A stretch of 64,000 nucleotides of DNA from an uncultured Nitrososphaeraceae archaeon. GTDB lineage: Archaea > Thermoproteota > Nitrososphaeria > Nitrososphaerales > Nitrososphaeraceae. The notes under the pieces were generated by a model, which was given only the letters and a program-made list of their open reading frames with translations, ran no database searches and was not told the origin of the DNA. Shown piece by piece: positions 20,602-31,367 of the stretch (its first letter is position 1; each line of letters opens with the position of its first letter). The stretch lies in the NCBI GenBank assembly GCA_963779615.1, contig CAVZZA010000004.1:96001-160000 (forward strand), read 5' to 3'. Made by a program: the position numbers and the translations under genes.

Positions 20602-22344
20602 TTATAAAAAATTGTCATCGAGCAATACCTTATTTCTCGAATAATCCACATTAACGGATATGATGACAGGAGTTTTCTTTGACATCTTAGCTTTTTCCAA
20701 GATTTCTGGGAATTCATTTGTTGATTTGACTGCATAGCCTATAGCGCCAAAGCTGTCTGCTAACTTTACAAAATCTGGATTGTTGAATTCAGTGAAGGCT
20801 TTTTTGCCAAATTCGTCAACTTGTTTCAAGGATATCATGCCATATTCCTTATCGCACCAAACAACAATAATTATAGGTGTTTGTAATCTTACCGCAGTCT
20901 CTATGTCTTGTACATTCATTAAAAACCCCCCATCACCACACATTGCAACAACTTTTTGATTGGGTGTCACAATTTGAGCTGAAATTGCAGCTGGAAGCGC
21001 AAAACCCATTGAGCAAAAGCCGTTGGGGATTATGCATGTATTTGGAACATATGTCTCATAGAGTTTTGCTATCCATAGTTTGTGTACTCCTACATCAGAA
21101 ATCACTATATCATTTTCTCCAAAAGCATTCCTCACATCAAATACTAATTTCTCTGGCTTTATCGGATATGAAAAGTCATTTTTATATTTTTCTGTGTTTC
21201 TCAGGAAAATGTCTTTTTTTATCTTGTCATAAAGGTCAGATGTTACATGATTATTGATATATGATTTACCCTCATTGCCAGTATCGTCATCAAGGGATAT
21301 TGATCCTTTTTTTCCTTTTTCCAGTTCTTCTGTTATGGATTCTATTGTGTAATCGATGTCTGCAGCTATTTCTACAGTTGGGGGATAATATGTGTCAACT
21401 TCTGCAGAAGTAAAGTCAATGTGAATAATCTTTTTATTTAAATCACCATTCCAATTTTTAGGGCTGTATTCCACAAGGTCATACCCAACCGCAATGATTA
21501 GGTCAGCTTTTTTCATTGCCAACAAAACATGATCTGCTTCCTTGATTCCTATTGTCTGTAAATGCCTTTCTGATTTATCCGAAATTACCCCTTTTGCCAT
21601 AAAAGTGTTTATAGAATAGATCCCTGTTTTTTCCACAAATTTTCTTAAACAATGTGATGCATTTCCTCTTATGCACCCATTTCCTACAAGCAACAAGGGC
21701 GTTTTTGCATCCAGTATCAATTCGATGGCTTTTTCTATCATGTCCCTATTGGGCCTAGATCTCGATACTTCTTGTTTGCCTATTGGTTTTATGTTGGAAT
21801 TTATTTTTGCTATATTTTGCGGCAGTTCTAGATGCACCGATCCGCCTTTTTCTTCTATCGCAATTTTAAACGCCCTTCTGATAATTTCAGGGATATTGTC
21901 GGCATTGAGTATTGACCATCTCCACTTTGTTATGGGTTTAAACATGGTCACTGCATCCATATTCTGATGAGATTCTTTATGTAGCGAGTGGGTATTGGTT
22001 TGACCTGTTATTGCCAACAGTGGAGATCTATCCATATTTGCATTTGCCACCCCCGTGGTCAAATTGGTGGCTCCAGGCCCTAGAGTGGACAGGCATACTC
22101 CAACTTTTTGTGTTAGTCTTCCGTACATATCTGCCATAAAAGCAGCTGCCTGCTCGTGCCTTACCAAAACAAATCGAATACTCTTTGAACCTGACAGTGA
22201 TATCATAAGATCTGCATTCTCTTCACCGGGTAAACCAAAAATGTATTCCACGCCTTCAGCTTCCAAGCATTTTATAAATAGGTCAGCTGCCTTCATTTCA
22301 TCATTAGCCTTGATGTTATCTGGGCGGTTTTGAGAAATAGACAT
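20602..22344 (-). CDS. ThDP-dependent enzyme, acetolactate synthase large subunit family (2-oxoglutarate decarboxylase-like subgroup)
   Basis: FGLPGEEN, RHEQAAAFMAD, GPGATN and the GDGGFLMN ThDP motif; no ilvH nearby. Confidence 0.9.
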   Translation of the reverse strand: MSISQNRPDNIKANDEMKAADLFIKCLEAEGVEYIFGLPGEENADLMISLSGSKSIRFVLVRHEQAAAFMADMYGRLTQKVGVCLSTLGPGATNLTTGVANANMDRSPLLAITGQTNTHSLHKESHQNMDAVTMFKPITKWRWSILNADNIPEIIRRAFKIAIEEKGGSVHLELPQNIAKINSNIKPIGKQEVSRSRPNRDMIEKAIELILDAKTPLLLVGNGCIRGNASHCLRKFVEKTGIYSINTFMAKGVISDKSERHLQTIGIKEADHVLLAMKKADLIIAVGYDLVEYSPKNWNGDLNKKIIHIDFTSAEVDTYYPPTVEIAADIDYTIESITEELEKGKKGSISLDDDTGNEGKSYINNHVTSDLYDKIKKDIFLRNTEKYKNDFSYPIKPEKLVFDVRNAFGENDIVISDVGVHKLWIAKLYETYVPNTCIIPNGFCSMGFALPAAISAQIVTPNQKVVAMCGDGGFLMNVQDIETAVRLQTPIIIVVWCDKEYGMISLKQVDEFGKKAFTEFNNPDFVKLADSFGAIGYAVKSTNEFPEILEKAKMSKKTPVIISVNVDYSRNKVLLDDNFL

Positions 22345-23147
22345 TTAAGTTTACTTGATTGCTGGATTAACATATTGATTTCCCTAGGTGTGAGGACTAC
22401 TATTAACCCTACTGCAATGTAGAGACATTGACCAAAAAAATAAGGAAAAGGTAGTGAATTGCAAAACCTTCATTTACTACTAAAAGGGGATGGTTAAAGA
22501 AATAGGTTCCCCTTAATTCTTGATTTGTCTTAAGCTGCATTAATTCCAGTAACTATACTTTTTTTTGCGTCCCCTGAAAAGAAATTGTTCTCTTACCTGC
22601 TGCAGTTGATTAGTCTTTGGCTAAAATCCATTAAAAAAAAGAGTTCCTATCCGTCACAATGATATTGCGGTTGTCTTGATAAGCGAGCATATAGGTCAGA
22701 AACTATCATTATAAACTTTCCTAAAACTGACTATTTTTAGCTTATTTGAGATATTGACAAGTATGGATAACTCTGGATAAAGTTGTTGAATAGGTGTTTT
22801 ATATGTCTCTGATTAAGCATTTAAAGGTTAATCCTGTAAATGATAAACTAAGGTATTGTAAATCCAAATTTGAAGATATTCCTGAATTAACTTTATAAAA
22901 AGAGGGGTAAAATGAACTGCTGTATATAATTAGGTTCTTCACGGAAGAAAAGCGAAACTTTTCTGCACATGCGTCAAGAGTAGGAATAACAGTTTTCCTA
23001 AAGTTGAGAATTGGTAAAAAAAGAGGAAGTTCCAAATATTCTTGAATTTCTTACGCCAATGGGGTAATCGATATATTTTAAATTAATGTAGATATAATTA
23101 TAATTATAAAGTACACCTGTAAAACTAAAAAGGAACAAGGCTAAATT

Positions 23148-24098
23148 ATGATACAGAAGTATGACTTACAGGGGCTTCTACGAAAAAGAGCCTTAACAAT
23201 AGTAATAGCTATATCTATTTTCTATATATTTCTGGCAGTGCTTTCAGATGTTAATCTATTAGTTCAATATTTTCATAAAGTAAATATCAATTTTTTATTT
23301 TTAATACTTTTGTCATTTACAGCATCGATTTTTTTTAGAAGCCTTCGACAAGGCGTAATTCTAAAAAACCTACACATCGCTCCAAGCTTCAAAGACAATT
23401 TTGTATTGTATCTTTCTGGGCTTTCAATGAGTATCACTCCATTGAGTGTTGGACAAATGATTAAGTCTCATTACCTGCTGAAGTATTACCATCAGCCAAT
23501 ATCAAAGACTTTGCCAATAGTTATAATTGAGCGGTATCATGACGTTCTTGCCATTTTGTCTTTTTCGATGTTATTTGTTATGGTTGAGAATATTCCAATG
23601 CTAAAAATCCCAATTTTTTCAATTGTTGTCGTATTTGCAGCATTAACCTTGGTAACAAGATCGTCAAGGTTAATCAGGTCATTTGAAAGGTTGATAAATA
23701 AAATTAGCCTTTTGAAAAAATTCCAAAACAAACCATCTGATTTCAGTACAACACTGTTTTCAATATATCAGGGGAAGGTTTTTTTTTCTTGTTGGATTAT
23801 AAGCATGATAGCATGGTTTTTTGAGGCGGTTGGTATTTTTTTATGTTTTGAGGCTCTAAATTTAAAGTTCAGTTTTGGTTTTACCGCCGCATTTGGTTTT
23901 TCTTCGATTATTTTTGGGGCAATCTCCCTGCTCCCGGCAGGTATAGGGGTGACAGAAGTTAGCTTCGTACACCTTTTGTCATATTATGGAATCGAGTTTT
24001 CTACATCCACCGCATTAATCTTGTTGATTCGATTATCTAGTCTGTGGTATAGTACCTTTATAGGTATTGTAGCAACGAGATTAATAGCAAGAAAATGA
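23148..24098 (+). CDS. Lysylphosphatidylglycerol synthase TM / YbhN (UPF0104) flippase-like membrane protein
   Basis: Multi-TM protein with ITPLSVGQMIK, ERYHD and LPAGIGVTE motifs. Confidence 0.88.
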   Translation: MIQKYDLQGLLRKRALTIVIAISIFYIFLAVLSDVNLLVQYFHKVNINFLFLILLSFTASIFFRSLRQGVILKNLHIAPSFKDNFVLYLSGLSMSITPLSVGQMIKSHYLLKYYHQPISKTLPIVIIERYHDVLAILSFSMLFVMVENIPMLKIPIFSIVVVFAALTLVTRSSRLIRSFERLINKISLLKKFQNKPSDFSTTLFSIYQGKVFFSCWIISMIAWFFEAVGIFLCFEALNLKFSFGFTAAFGFSSIIFGAISLLPAGIGVTEVSFVHLLSYYGIEFSTSTALILLIRLSSLWYSTFIGIVATRLIARK

Positions 24099-24447
24099 AG
24101 CAAATAAACAATAACTTTAATCAAAACAGCCAAATACAACAAACTCTCGATTACAATAAACTTGATGGTGTTTGTAATACGTTTAAATAAAACAAAATAA
24201 AATAATCGCATAATCTGTCTTTTAGTGTTTGATGGATGTTGTGTGTGATGACGATATTATGACCTTGTGTTTGGAATGGGAGAGTTCGTGAATCTTGAAA
24301 TAAAAAGCTTTAATTGTTATATGATAACGGGTTTTGAGAGAAAACAAAAAGGAAGGTGATGATAGGGTTAAAAAATGAAACAATAATACCGTGACTTCTT
24401 TGTCGAATTTGGGCAAAATTGTGTAATGATCGGATTAATGATAATTG

Positions 24448-26292
24448 TCATTGCAAAGGTAGGTAAAATGAAAAAGTGGATCCTTTCTCATCCTTATTGT
24501 TTTCAGCCCATATGTTGCCTCCGTGTGATTCAACTATGTTTTTGCAAATAAACAATCCTAATCCGGTGCCTTGAAAGGATTTTGTGGCAAATTTTTTAAA
24601 TAGCCTGGAGGATATCTCTTCATCAATACCGATACCAGTATCTTTTATTTTGACGACAACCACATCTTTGTCATCAATTCTTCCCTTTTTAATTTCTACT
24701 GATATCGTTCCATCCTTTTTGATAAACTTTACGGAGTTATCTATAATGTTAGAAATTACTTGGGATATTCTGGTTTTATCTGCATTTATCATAATCGGAC
24801 CTTCATTACTGTTACTAACATTGTATTCAAACATTATTTTCTTTTTGCTGGCAAGGTTGTTTTGAAATTCTGTGATAACATTAAGCATTAATTGATTAAA
24901 ATCGAATTTTTCTTTCTTTAGGGTTAACGAATTGCTTTCAATTTTCGAGACATCCAAAAGGTCTTCTGCCAAGTTTTTCAATTTCTTTGTATTTTTGATT
25001 ATTATGTCAAGTAATTCCTTTTGTTCTTTATCATTTGTTTTGTTTTTGACAACTTCTGTTAGGCCCATTATAGGCTGTATTGGAGTTCTCAACTCATGGG
25101 CTGCTATGTTTATGAATTCTTTTTGCATATTGTCATGAACCTTAAGTTGCTCGTTAGCCGTTTCGAGTTTCATATTGGTTAATGAGATGTGCTTGTTCGA
25201 TTCTTCCAATTCTTTAGTTCTTGTTTTCACCTCCTTGTCCAAAATACTGTTCCACCTGATTAAAAAAATGGTTAGCATCATGATTGCGGCGGTAATTCCA
25301 GCAACAAGTGAAAACATCTCTAATCTTTCTATCGATATAACATCATTGATTTTTGAATAAATAACAGATGTTGGGGTTATTACAAAGAGATAATACGCTG
25401 AATTTCCATCCAACTGTATAGGGTAGCCGGTGTTAAAACGTTCCTGGTTTTTAAATACATATGTTGCTAAGGATGGGTTCCCTGTCACTATTATTGTTTT
25501 TAATAGATTGTTGAGTACTTTGTTTTCTCCGGTAATTTTCTGCGATTCATTACCAAAAAAAGGTAACCCTACTAATGAGGGTAGGGGATGAACGACCTGC
25601 ACAGCCTTACTGTCAAGGACTGAAAGATATGATGATTTTAGATCATATATGTTTCCAAAGTGTTTAAAGAATTCAATAGCTGGTATGATAACACCAACAG
25701 ATCCAATAAATCCTTCTTTAGTGTTATTTGCCAGAATTGGGTAAACTAATGCTATCTTAAGTTTGCCATTACTACCGACAAAACTGTCGGAAAATACGGG
25801 AGAAAGGGTATCTTTTGTTTTTTTTATCCATTCTCTGTTTGAAAAATCTTGACCCCTATGGTCTTGCTGTCCTTTTGATATAGAACTCATTTTGGATATT
25901 CCGTTCTTATCAATTAGAAACAGCCTGTCAACAGAGGTAATGTTATTTATTTGATTATAATGGTGTCTTAATATATTATAGGTATTGTTTGATGGGTTGC
26001 CTCCTTCTTGTAAATATTTAGAATAAGACAATGACTGCAGCTTTGCCATTATTAGGTTTAAATCAGACTTTATATTTTCAGCAATAGCTTTGGTAGTTCT
26101 TATTTGATTATCTTGTTGAAGTTCAAATATGCTGTCTCTTATCTGTTTTTCCGTTTCTTGTTGAAAGTGAAAGAATAATCCGAATGAAACAGTGATAATG
26201 GTGAGAGCGGAAATAATGGCAGTTTTTTTTACGGTCAACTTTTGGTTGCCATTTTTTTCTTTTTTGAATATTTTTTTTAGCCTATGAACCAA
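24448..26292 (-). CDS. Sensor histidine kinase (Cache domain)
   Basis: Two TM helices, DFSNREW Cache motif, AAHELRTP, DTGIG and GTGLGL. Confidence 0.95.
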   Translation of the reverse strand: MVHRLKKIFKKEKNGNQKLTVKKTAIISALTIITVSFGLFFHFQQETEKQIRDSIFELQQDNQIRTTKAIAENIKSDLNLIMAKLQSLSYSKYLQEGGNPSNNTYNILRHHYNQINNITSVDRLFLIDKNGISKMSSISKGQQDHRGQDFSNREWIKKTKDTLSPVFSDSFVGSNGKLKIALVYPILANNTKEGFIGSVGVIIPAIEFFKHFGNIYDLKSSYLSVLDSKAVQVVHPLPSLVGLPFFGNESQKITGENKVLNNLLKTIIVTGNPSLATYVFKNQERFNTGYPIQLDGNSAYYLFVITPTSVIYSKINDVISIERLEMFSLVAGITAAIMMLTIFLIRWNSILDKEVKTRTKELEESNKHISLTNMKLETANEQLKVHDNMQKEFINIAAHELRTPIQPIMGLTEVVKNKTNDKEQKELLDIIIKNTKKLKNLAEDLLDVSKIESNSLTLKKEKFDFNQLMLNVITEFQNNLASKKKIMFEYNVSNSNEGPIMINADKTRISQVISNIIDNSVKFIKKDGTISVEIKKGRIDDKDVVVVKIKDTGIGIDEEISSRLFKKFATKSFQGTGLGLFICKNIVESHGGNIWAENNKDEKGSTFSFYLPLQ

Positions 26293-26696
26293 ATTTTATC
26301 ACAACCATAAACAATCAACCAATACTATTCGATAAGATTATCCAAATAAAAATATTCAGTAAAAATTTTTTTATTAAAGAATTTAATTCCATTATTTTTG
26401 TGTTCTGTTTATTATGGTTAGATTCTCGGTTTTGGTGTTGGCAATGGCTTTTACGCATATGACAGCACAATCAATTCTTATCAATCCACAAAATTGTATT
26501 CACCCAACAAGTCACACGTGTCACTGAATACTTGATTTACATATAAATACCTTAACTACTCCATATGCGCATCATAATACAGAGAAAAAATCAAGGTCAG
26601 ATTATTTATATATATATTATCGATAGGATTCATCCTATTTTTCAGTTCTACATATAATTTAAGTGATTTATACTTTGTTTACTTTTTTTCTATAGT

Positions 26697-27509
26697 ATGT
26701 TTGAAAGTGATGGCGAAAATAATGATAAAGGAAGGGTCGTCGTTGTTACAGGTTCAGGTAAAGGCATAGGAAAGGCTATTGCCAAAGAATTTGCCAAAAA
26801 TGGTTATTCAGTTATCTTGAATGCAAGAGACCAAGGTGAGCTAAACCAAACAACAAAGGAAATTTCAATAGAAATGGGTGGAGACGAAAGTAGGATTGCT
26901 TCTATACGAGGTGATATTTCACAAGAGCAAGTCTGTAAATCGTTGATAGATGAGGCGATAAACAGATTTGGCAGAGTTGATGTGTTGGTCAACAATGCTG
27001 GAATAGGTGGTTCATCCAAGAAAATAAGCGACCTAACTGAAAACGATTGGAATGAGGTTATTGATGTAAATCTGAAGGGTGCATTTCTTTGCACAAGAGA
27101 AGCGTTAAAGCACATGTTAAAAAATAGTGTGGGGAATGATAACAGTAATACTAATTTCTCAATTATAAATATTTCATCAGTGCATGAGTCTATACCTTCA
27201 CCAGAATCTGCTCCCTATGCCGCATCAAAAGGGGGAATGGCGATGTTGACTAAAACTGTAGCCTTGGAGGTTGCTGACAAGGGGATACGTGTCAACGGGA
27301 TTGCACCGGGTGCTATAGCCACTGAAATGAATAAAGATATACTTGAGAGCGAGGAAAAGAAAAATCAAGAAGAGCAGAATATACCAATGCATAGGATCGG
27401 AAAGCCTGAAGAAATAGGAAAGGTTGCATTGTTTTTGGCTTCTTCAAATGCAAGCTACATAACTGGAACAACCATATATGCGGATGGGGGATTAACTTTG
27501 ACTTCATGA
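26697..27509 (+). CDS. SDR oxidoreductase, glucose 1-dehydrogenase-like
   Basis: TGSGKGIG, NNAG, ISSVHE (GDH-type), YAASKGG and PGAI motifs. Confidence 0.88.
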   Translation: MFESDGENNDKGRVVVVTGSGKGIGKAIAKEFAKNGYSVILNARDQGELNQTTKEISIEMGGDESRIASIRGDISQEQVCKSLIDEAINRFGRVDVLVNNAGIGGSSKKISDLTENDWNEVIDVNLKGAFLCTREALKHMLKNSVGNDNSNTNFSIINISSVHESIPSPESAPYAASKGGMAMLTKTVALEVADKGIRVNGIAPGAIATEMNKDILESEEKKNQEEQNIPMHRIGKPEEIGKVALFLASSNASYITGTTIYADGGLTLTS

Positions 27510-27570
27510 CCTTATTTTCACACAAAAATAACAGGTGCATTAAAATATCCTGGTCCTGGACCAATTGCCG

Positions 27571-28401
27571 CTAATCAATTTCAAAATTTGAAGCATCTAT
27601 CTTGGGATCGGGATACTTAAGTTTCATATTTTCCATAGTTTGGACAATTATTTGGGCAATTGCCCAATTTCTAAAGGATTTTACATTGGCAGGGATTACA
27701 TACCATGGCGCCCATTCAGTACTACACAGTCTCAATACCTCCTCGTATGCTTTCGCATAATTGTCCCAATATTTGTGGTTAACAAAATCACTTTCGGATA
27801 ATTTCCAGCGTTTGGATGGATTTTCTAATCTCTCTTGCAACCTTTTTTTCTGCTCGTTTTTGCTAATGTGCAAAAAAAACTTTAGAATTGTTATGCTGTT
27901 TTCTGACAAATATCTTTCAAAATCATTGATTTGCCTGAACCTTAAACTTGTGTCTTCCTTGGAGTCTTTATAATTAACAAGAACGTTTATCACATCCTCA
28001 TAATGCGAGCGGTTAAAAATAGCTATTTGACCCTTCTGGGGAACCGCAATATGAACACGCCAAAGATAATCATGTGCAGTCTCTTCCGTGTTAGGAAATT
28101 TAAATGGCCTTACATAGCAACTTTGGGGGTTTAATGCACCCATAACCCTGCGAATGGTTCCATCCTTACCTGATGCATCAACCCCTTGGAGTATTATCAA
28201 AATAGATTTGCTACTGTCTGCAAAAAGCTTGTACTGCAGTTCGGACATTTTGGATGAAAGTTTGGCCAATTCACACTCCATGTCTTTTTTACTTTTGTCA
28301 CCAGTGTAGTCAGGGTCCCAATCCTTTAGTTTTAGCATTCGTGTTGATTCTTGGCCGGGCTTTATCAGTAGATTCTTATCCAAATCCATGATATTTAACA
28401 A
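27571..28401 (-). CDS. ppk2: Polyphosphate kinase 2, class III-type
   Basis: LQGVDASGKDG Walker A, FNRSHYEDV Walker B, KFFLHISK, WK.S.SD and APWYVIPA. Confidence 0.93.
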   Translation of the reverse strand: MLNIMDLDKNLLIKPGQESTRMLKLKDWDPDYTGDKSKKDMECELAKLSSKMSELQYKLFADSSKSILIILQGVDASGKDGTIRRVMGALNPQSCYVRPFKFPNTEETAHDYLWRVHIAVPQKGQIAIFNRSHYEDVINVLVNYKDSKEDTSLRFRQINDFERYLSENSITILKFFLHISKNEQKKRLQERLENPSKRWKLSESDFVNHKYWDNYAKAYEEVLRLCSTEWAPWYVIPANVKSFRNWAIAQIIVQTMENMKLKYPDPKIDASNFEID

Positions 28402-28643
28402 TCCACATCAGGAATTAAATCAATATCATTATTGACATGGACATTTAAATGACTGCAGAGAAAACATAATTTTGAACCTCAAATAAATTTAGAATTTGTT
28501 TTTCGAGGGTTTTTCTTCAGATGGTTGCAAAATAAGCTTTTCATTACCTTGCTTTCTCAAAAAAATTTAAGTTAGTCTGATTTCCAGTGGGAACAACAAA
28601 ACATTTTATTTTGCCACTTTTAGAGTTGTAGGAGTAGTGAAAT

Positions 28644-28874
28644 TTATTTCTCCTTTGTTTTAATTCTATCCTTAATTAAAAATACCATGCCTTCAACATC
28701 ATTGGGGTTCATGTATAGCTCCCCTCTTGACGATTCTTTGATTCCCACTATGGGTTCTCCACACTCCGGGCAGATTTGATAATATACAAATAAACTGGTG
28801 TTTCTTTTATTTTTTCCAATAAGGGAGTTGTTCATATTTGGATTTAATGGTATTTGACATGTTGGACATTTCAT
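28644..28874 (-). CDS. Small zinc-ribbon protein
   Basis: CPTC...CPECG in a 76 aa ORF with an ATG start. Confidence 0.7.
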   Translation of the reverse strand: MKCPTCQIPLNPNMNNSLIGKNKRNTSLFVYYQICPECGEPIVGIKESSRGELYMNPNDVEGMVFLIKDRIKTKEK

Positions 28875-29069
28875 GTTATTTTACATCGCTTTATCAATTT
28901 ATAAGTGCTTTAAGACAACAATAACAAATTTTTTAACAGTTTTGAATCTAGACAAAAAAGATACCCATCTGTAAAATAATAACGGTTTAGATTGTTTCTT
29001 GAAAAATTTGGGAATGGTGCCGAAAAATTAGTTGTTATTTATAACATATATTTTTACAGTACTGATATC

Positions 29070-30167
29070 ATGGAAGTGATAGAAACAGACCGGGATAGAG
29101 AAGACAATGACAACATTTTGGATGATAAGCGAAATAAAGATAATATTGCAGAAGCAGATGGCGATATTTTTGATGTTGCAATAATAGGTGGAGGCTTTGC
29201 GGGCTTATCTGCCGCATTACTACTAGGGAGGTACCTTAGACCAACCATTATTTTCGATGTCAAGAAACATAAAAAGGGCCAAATGCATGGTTATTTAGGA
29301 TTTGAAAAATCCCAGAGAGAAGAGGTAATTCAAAAATCATGGAAGGATGTTCTTCAATACAGTTCCGTAAAAAAAATAGATGGTGAAGTAGAAATAGTGG
29401 AAAGGGATTTTCAAAGCAAACTATTTTCGATAACAACTAAAAAGACAACGAACGATGGTCAGCATCAAGGCAATCCACAAAAAAGAAAGGCAAAATCAAG
29501 ATATTTAATCATTGCAACGGGGATACATCATCAAAAGCCAAGTATAAGGAATTTTGAAGAGTATTATGGTAATGGAATATGGCACTGTCCGCATTGTGAC
29601 GGATTTGAGGCCACTAATAAAAAACTTGTAATCATTGCATCAAATAATATCATCGATGAATCTTTGGATTATGCCAAGTTATTTCTAGGATGGACAAAAG
29701 ACATTACATTGTTCTTACAGCGACTAGAACCTAAAGAAAACGATGATGAGGAAAGAGATGTTAAAAGAATCTCTCACATATATGATAAACAAAGAAACGA
29801 GGCAAAGACACTGGAGTTTAATGTCATTGAAAACGACTATGTAGTAGAAGTTATTGGTGATTCAAAGACAAACAGTATAAAAGGGGTAATTACAAAAAGG
29901 AATGAATTTTATGAAGCTGACGTTTTATTCTATCATTTTGACAAGGTTGTTCGTAACGAAATAGCAATTCAATTGGGATGCGAACTTGATACAGGGTATA
30001 TAAAGGTGAATGAAAAACAACAAACTTCAATTCCAAATGCTTATGCAGCTGGTGACATAGATACAGACAGACATTATGCAGTATTGGCTGCTGCAAGCGG
30101 TTCGTTGGCTGCAATAACTATTTATGAAGAATTATTAAAAGATGCAATCAAGTCAAAAAAGCAATAA
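29070..30167 (+). CDS. TrxB-like FAD-dependent oxidoreductase (CPHC)
   Basis: GGGFAGLSAA, IIATG, HCPHCDG and TSIPNAYAAGD. ATG at 29070 is preferred over the upstream TTG. Confidence 0.9.
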   Translation: MEVIETDRDREDNDNILDDKRNKDNIAEADGDIFDVAIIGGGFAGLSAALLLGRYLRPTIIFDVKKHKKGQMHGYLGFEKSQREEVIQKSWKDVLQYSSVKKIDGEVEIVERDFQSKLFSITTKKTTNDGQHQGNPQKRKAKSRYLIIATGIHHQKPSIRNFEEYYGNGIWHCPHCDGFEATNKKLVIIASNNIIDESLDYAKLFLGWTKDITLFLQRLEPKENDDEERDVKRISHIYDKQRNEAKTLEFNVIENDYVVEVIGDSKTNSIKGVITKRNEFYEADVLFYHFDKVVRNEIAIQLGCELDTGYIKVNEKQQTSIPNAYAAGDIDTDRHYAVLAAASGSLAAITIYEELLKDAIKSKKQ

Positions 30168-30552
30168 GCCAAATTTAATACCTAAATCTACTAAGGCAGC
30201 GGCAAAAACATATAATTATAACCATGATTCCAATATTGTTTAGCTTTAGTATGTTATGATGTCTATAGGTTGTTTTATTTAGAGACCTATATTATTCCAA
30301 TGAAAAAAACATGTAGATAATGGTCCGTAATTTCTTTATGGCCTTGCTGCTGAACCCATACACATGGGGCACAGAAGTTAAGCAATAGCCCAAGATTGCA
30401 TTCACAGATTTGTTATAACAACTACTTTAAATAACCCTTTTTTATAGAACTATAATTGGAATTCAAATTTAAGGTCCCGCCAAAGAAGTGCATAAAAGAA
30501 ACTGAGAATTGTTGATATAGAATAGTCGGTTAGTCAATAAAAATTAGCTTAT

Positions 30553-31035
30553 TTGCTTATATATTTTATATTTGATTGTTTAAACGGATTGACCAAAAAA
30601 AAGGATGCACCTTTTAATCCCAGTCGTGCTAACAATATTAAGGAAAAATACCGGCCAGAGAGGAATAAAACAGTTATAAGTATACCTTTAACACAACCAG
30701 TAGTCAAAGAAAAAAAAGAAGGCACAGTAAAACAATGGTTGGCAGATAGGCTGAAAGATAAACTTCAAAAATCATCCATATTGTCAATCCAGACCCACAA
30801 GCCAATCATATTGTATAGAATAGGTATTGAGGAAACCGAAAATGCAGTAGAAGAAGAAATCTGCTATTTAACAGGGTTACATGTTGTTCAAATTATATAT
30901 GCCTATGGAGGATTTGTTCCCTCTACTTTTCAAAAAATAGAGGTATTCACTTTGGAAAAATTTACAAAATGGATATTGCAGGAAAGAAAAAAAGATCTGC
31001 TTTTACAATGCGTAGATAGTCTTGAACAAAATTAA
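30553..31035 (+). CDS. Hypothetical protein
   Basis: 160 aa ORF with protein-like composition; start uncertain. Confidence 0.6.
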   Translation: MLIYFIFDCLNGLTKKKDAPFNPSRANNIKEKYRPERNKTVISIPLTQPVVKEKKEGTVKQWLADRLKDKLQKSSILSIQTHKPIILYRIGIEETENAVEEEICYLTGLHVVQIIYAYGGFVPSTFQKIEVFTLEKFTKWILQERKKDLLLQCVDSLEQN

Positions 31036-31367
31036 TAATTTGTATAAACTAAGTATTGGGGATTTGTGCAAATTCGAATCCTGTAATAACCATTATATTC
31101 TCACCTAAAAATTTTTGTTTTGGTGTTCAAATAATCTATTACAATGTGACAGAAAATTGAATTACATGCAAAACTGTACTGAAGTATAATCATCAGTGAA
31201 ATGTTTTGGCATTCATATAATGTTATTGTCAATTTATGACATTGGTGTTAGTTTACATTCATCATTGAAATGATGGTTTATTGTTTCTCTTATTATTTAA
31301 TGTTTTTTATATTAATATATAATAATCTTATAGTCTAAATTAATATAGCTGAAATACTGTAAAATAT

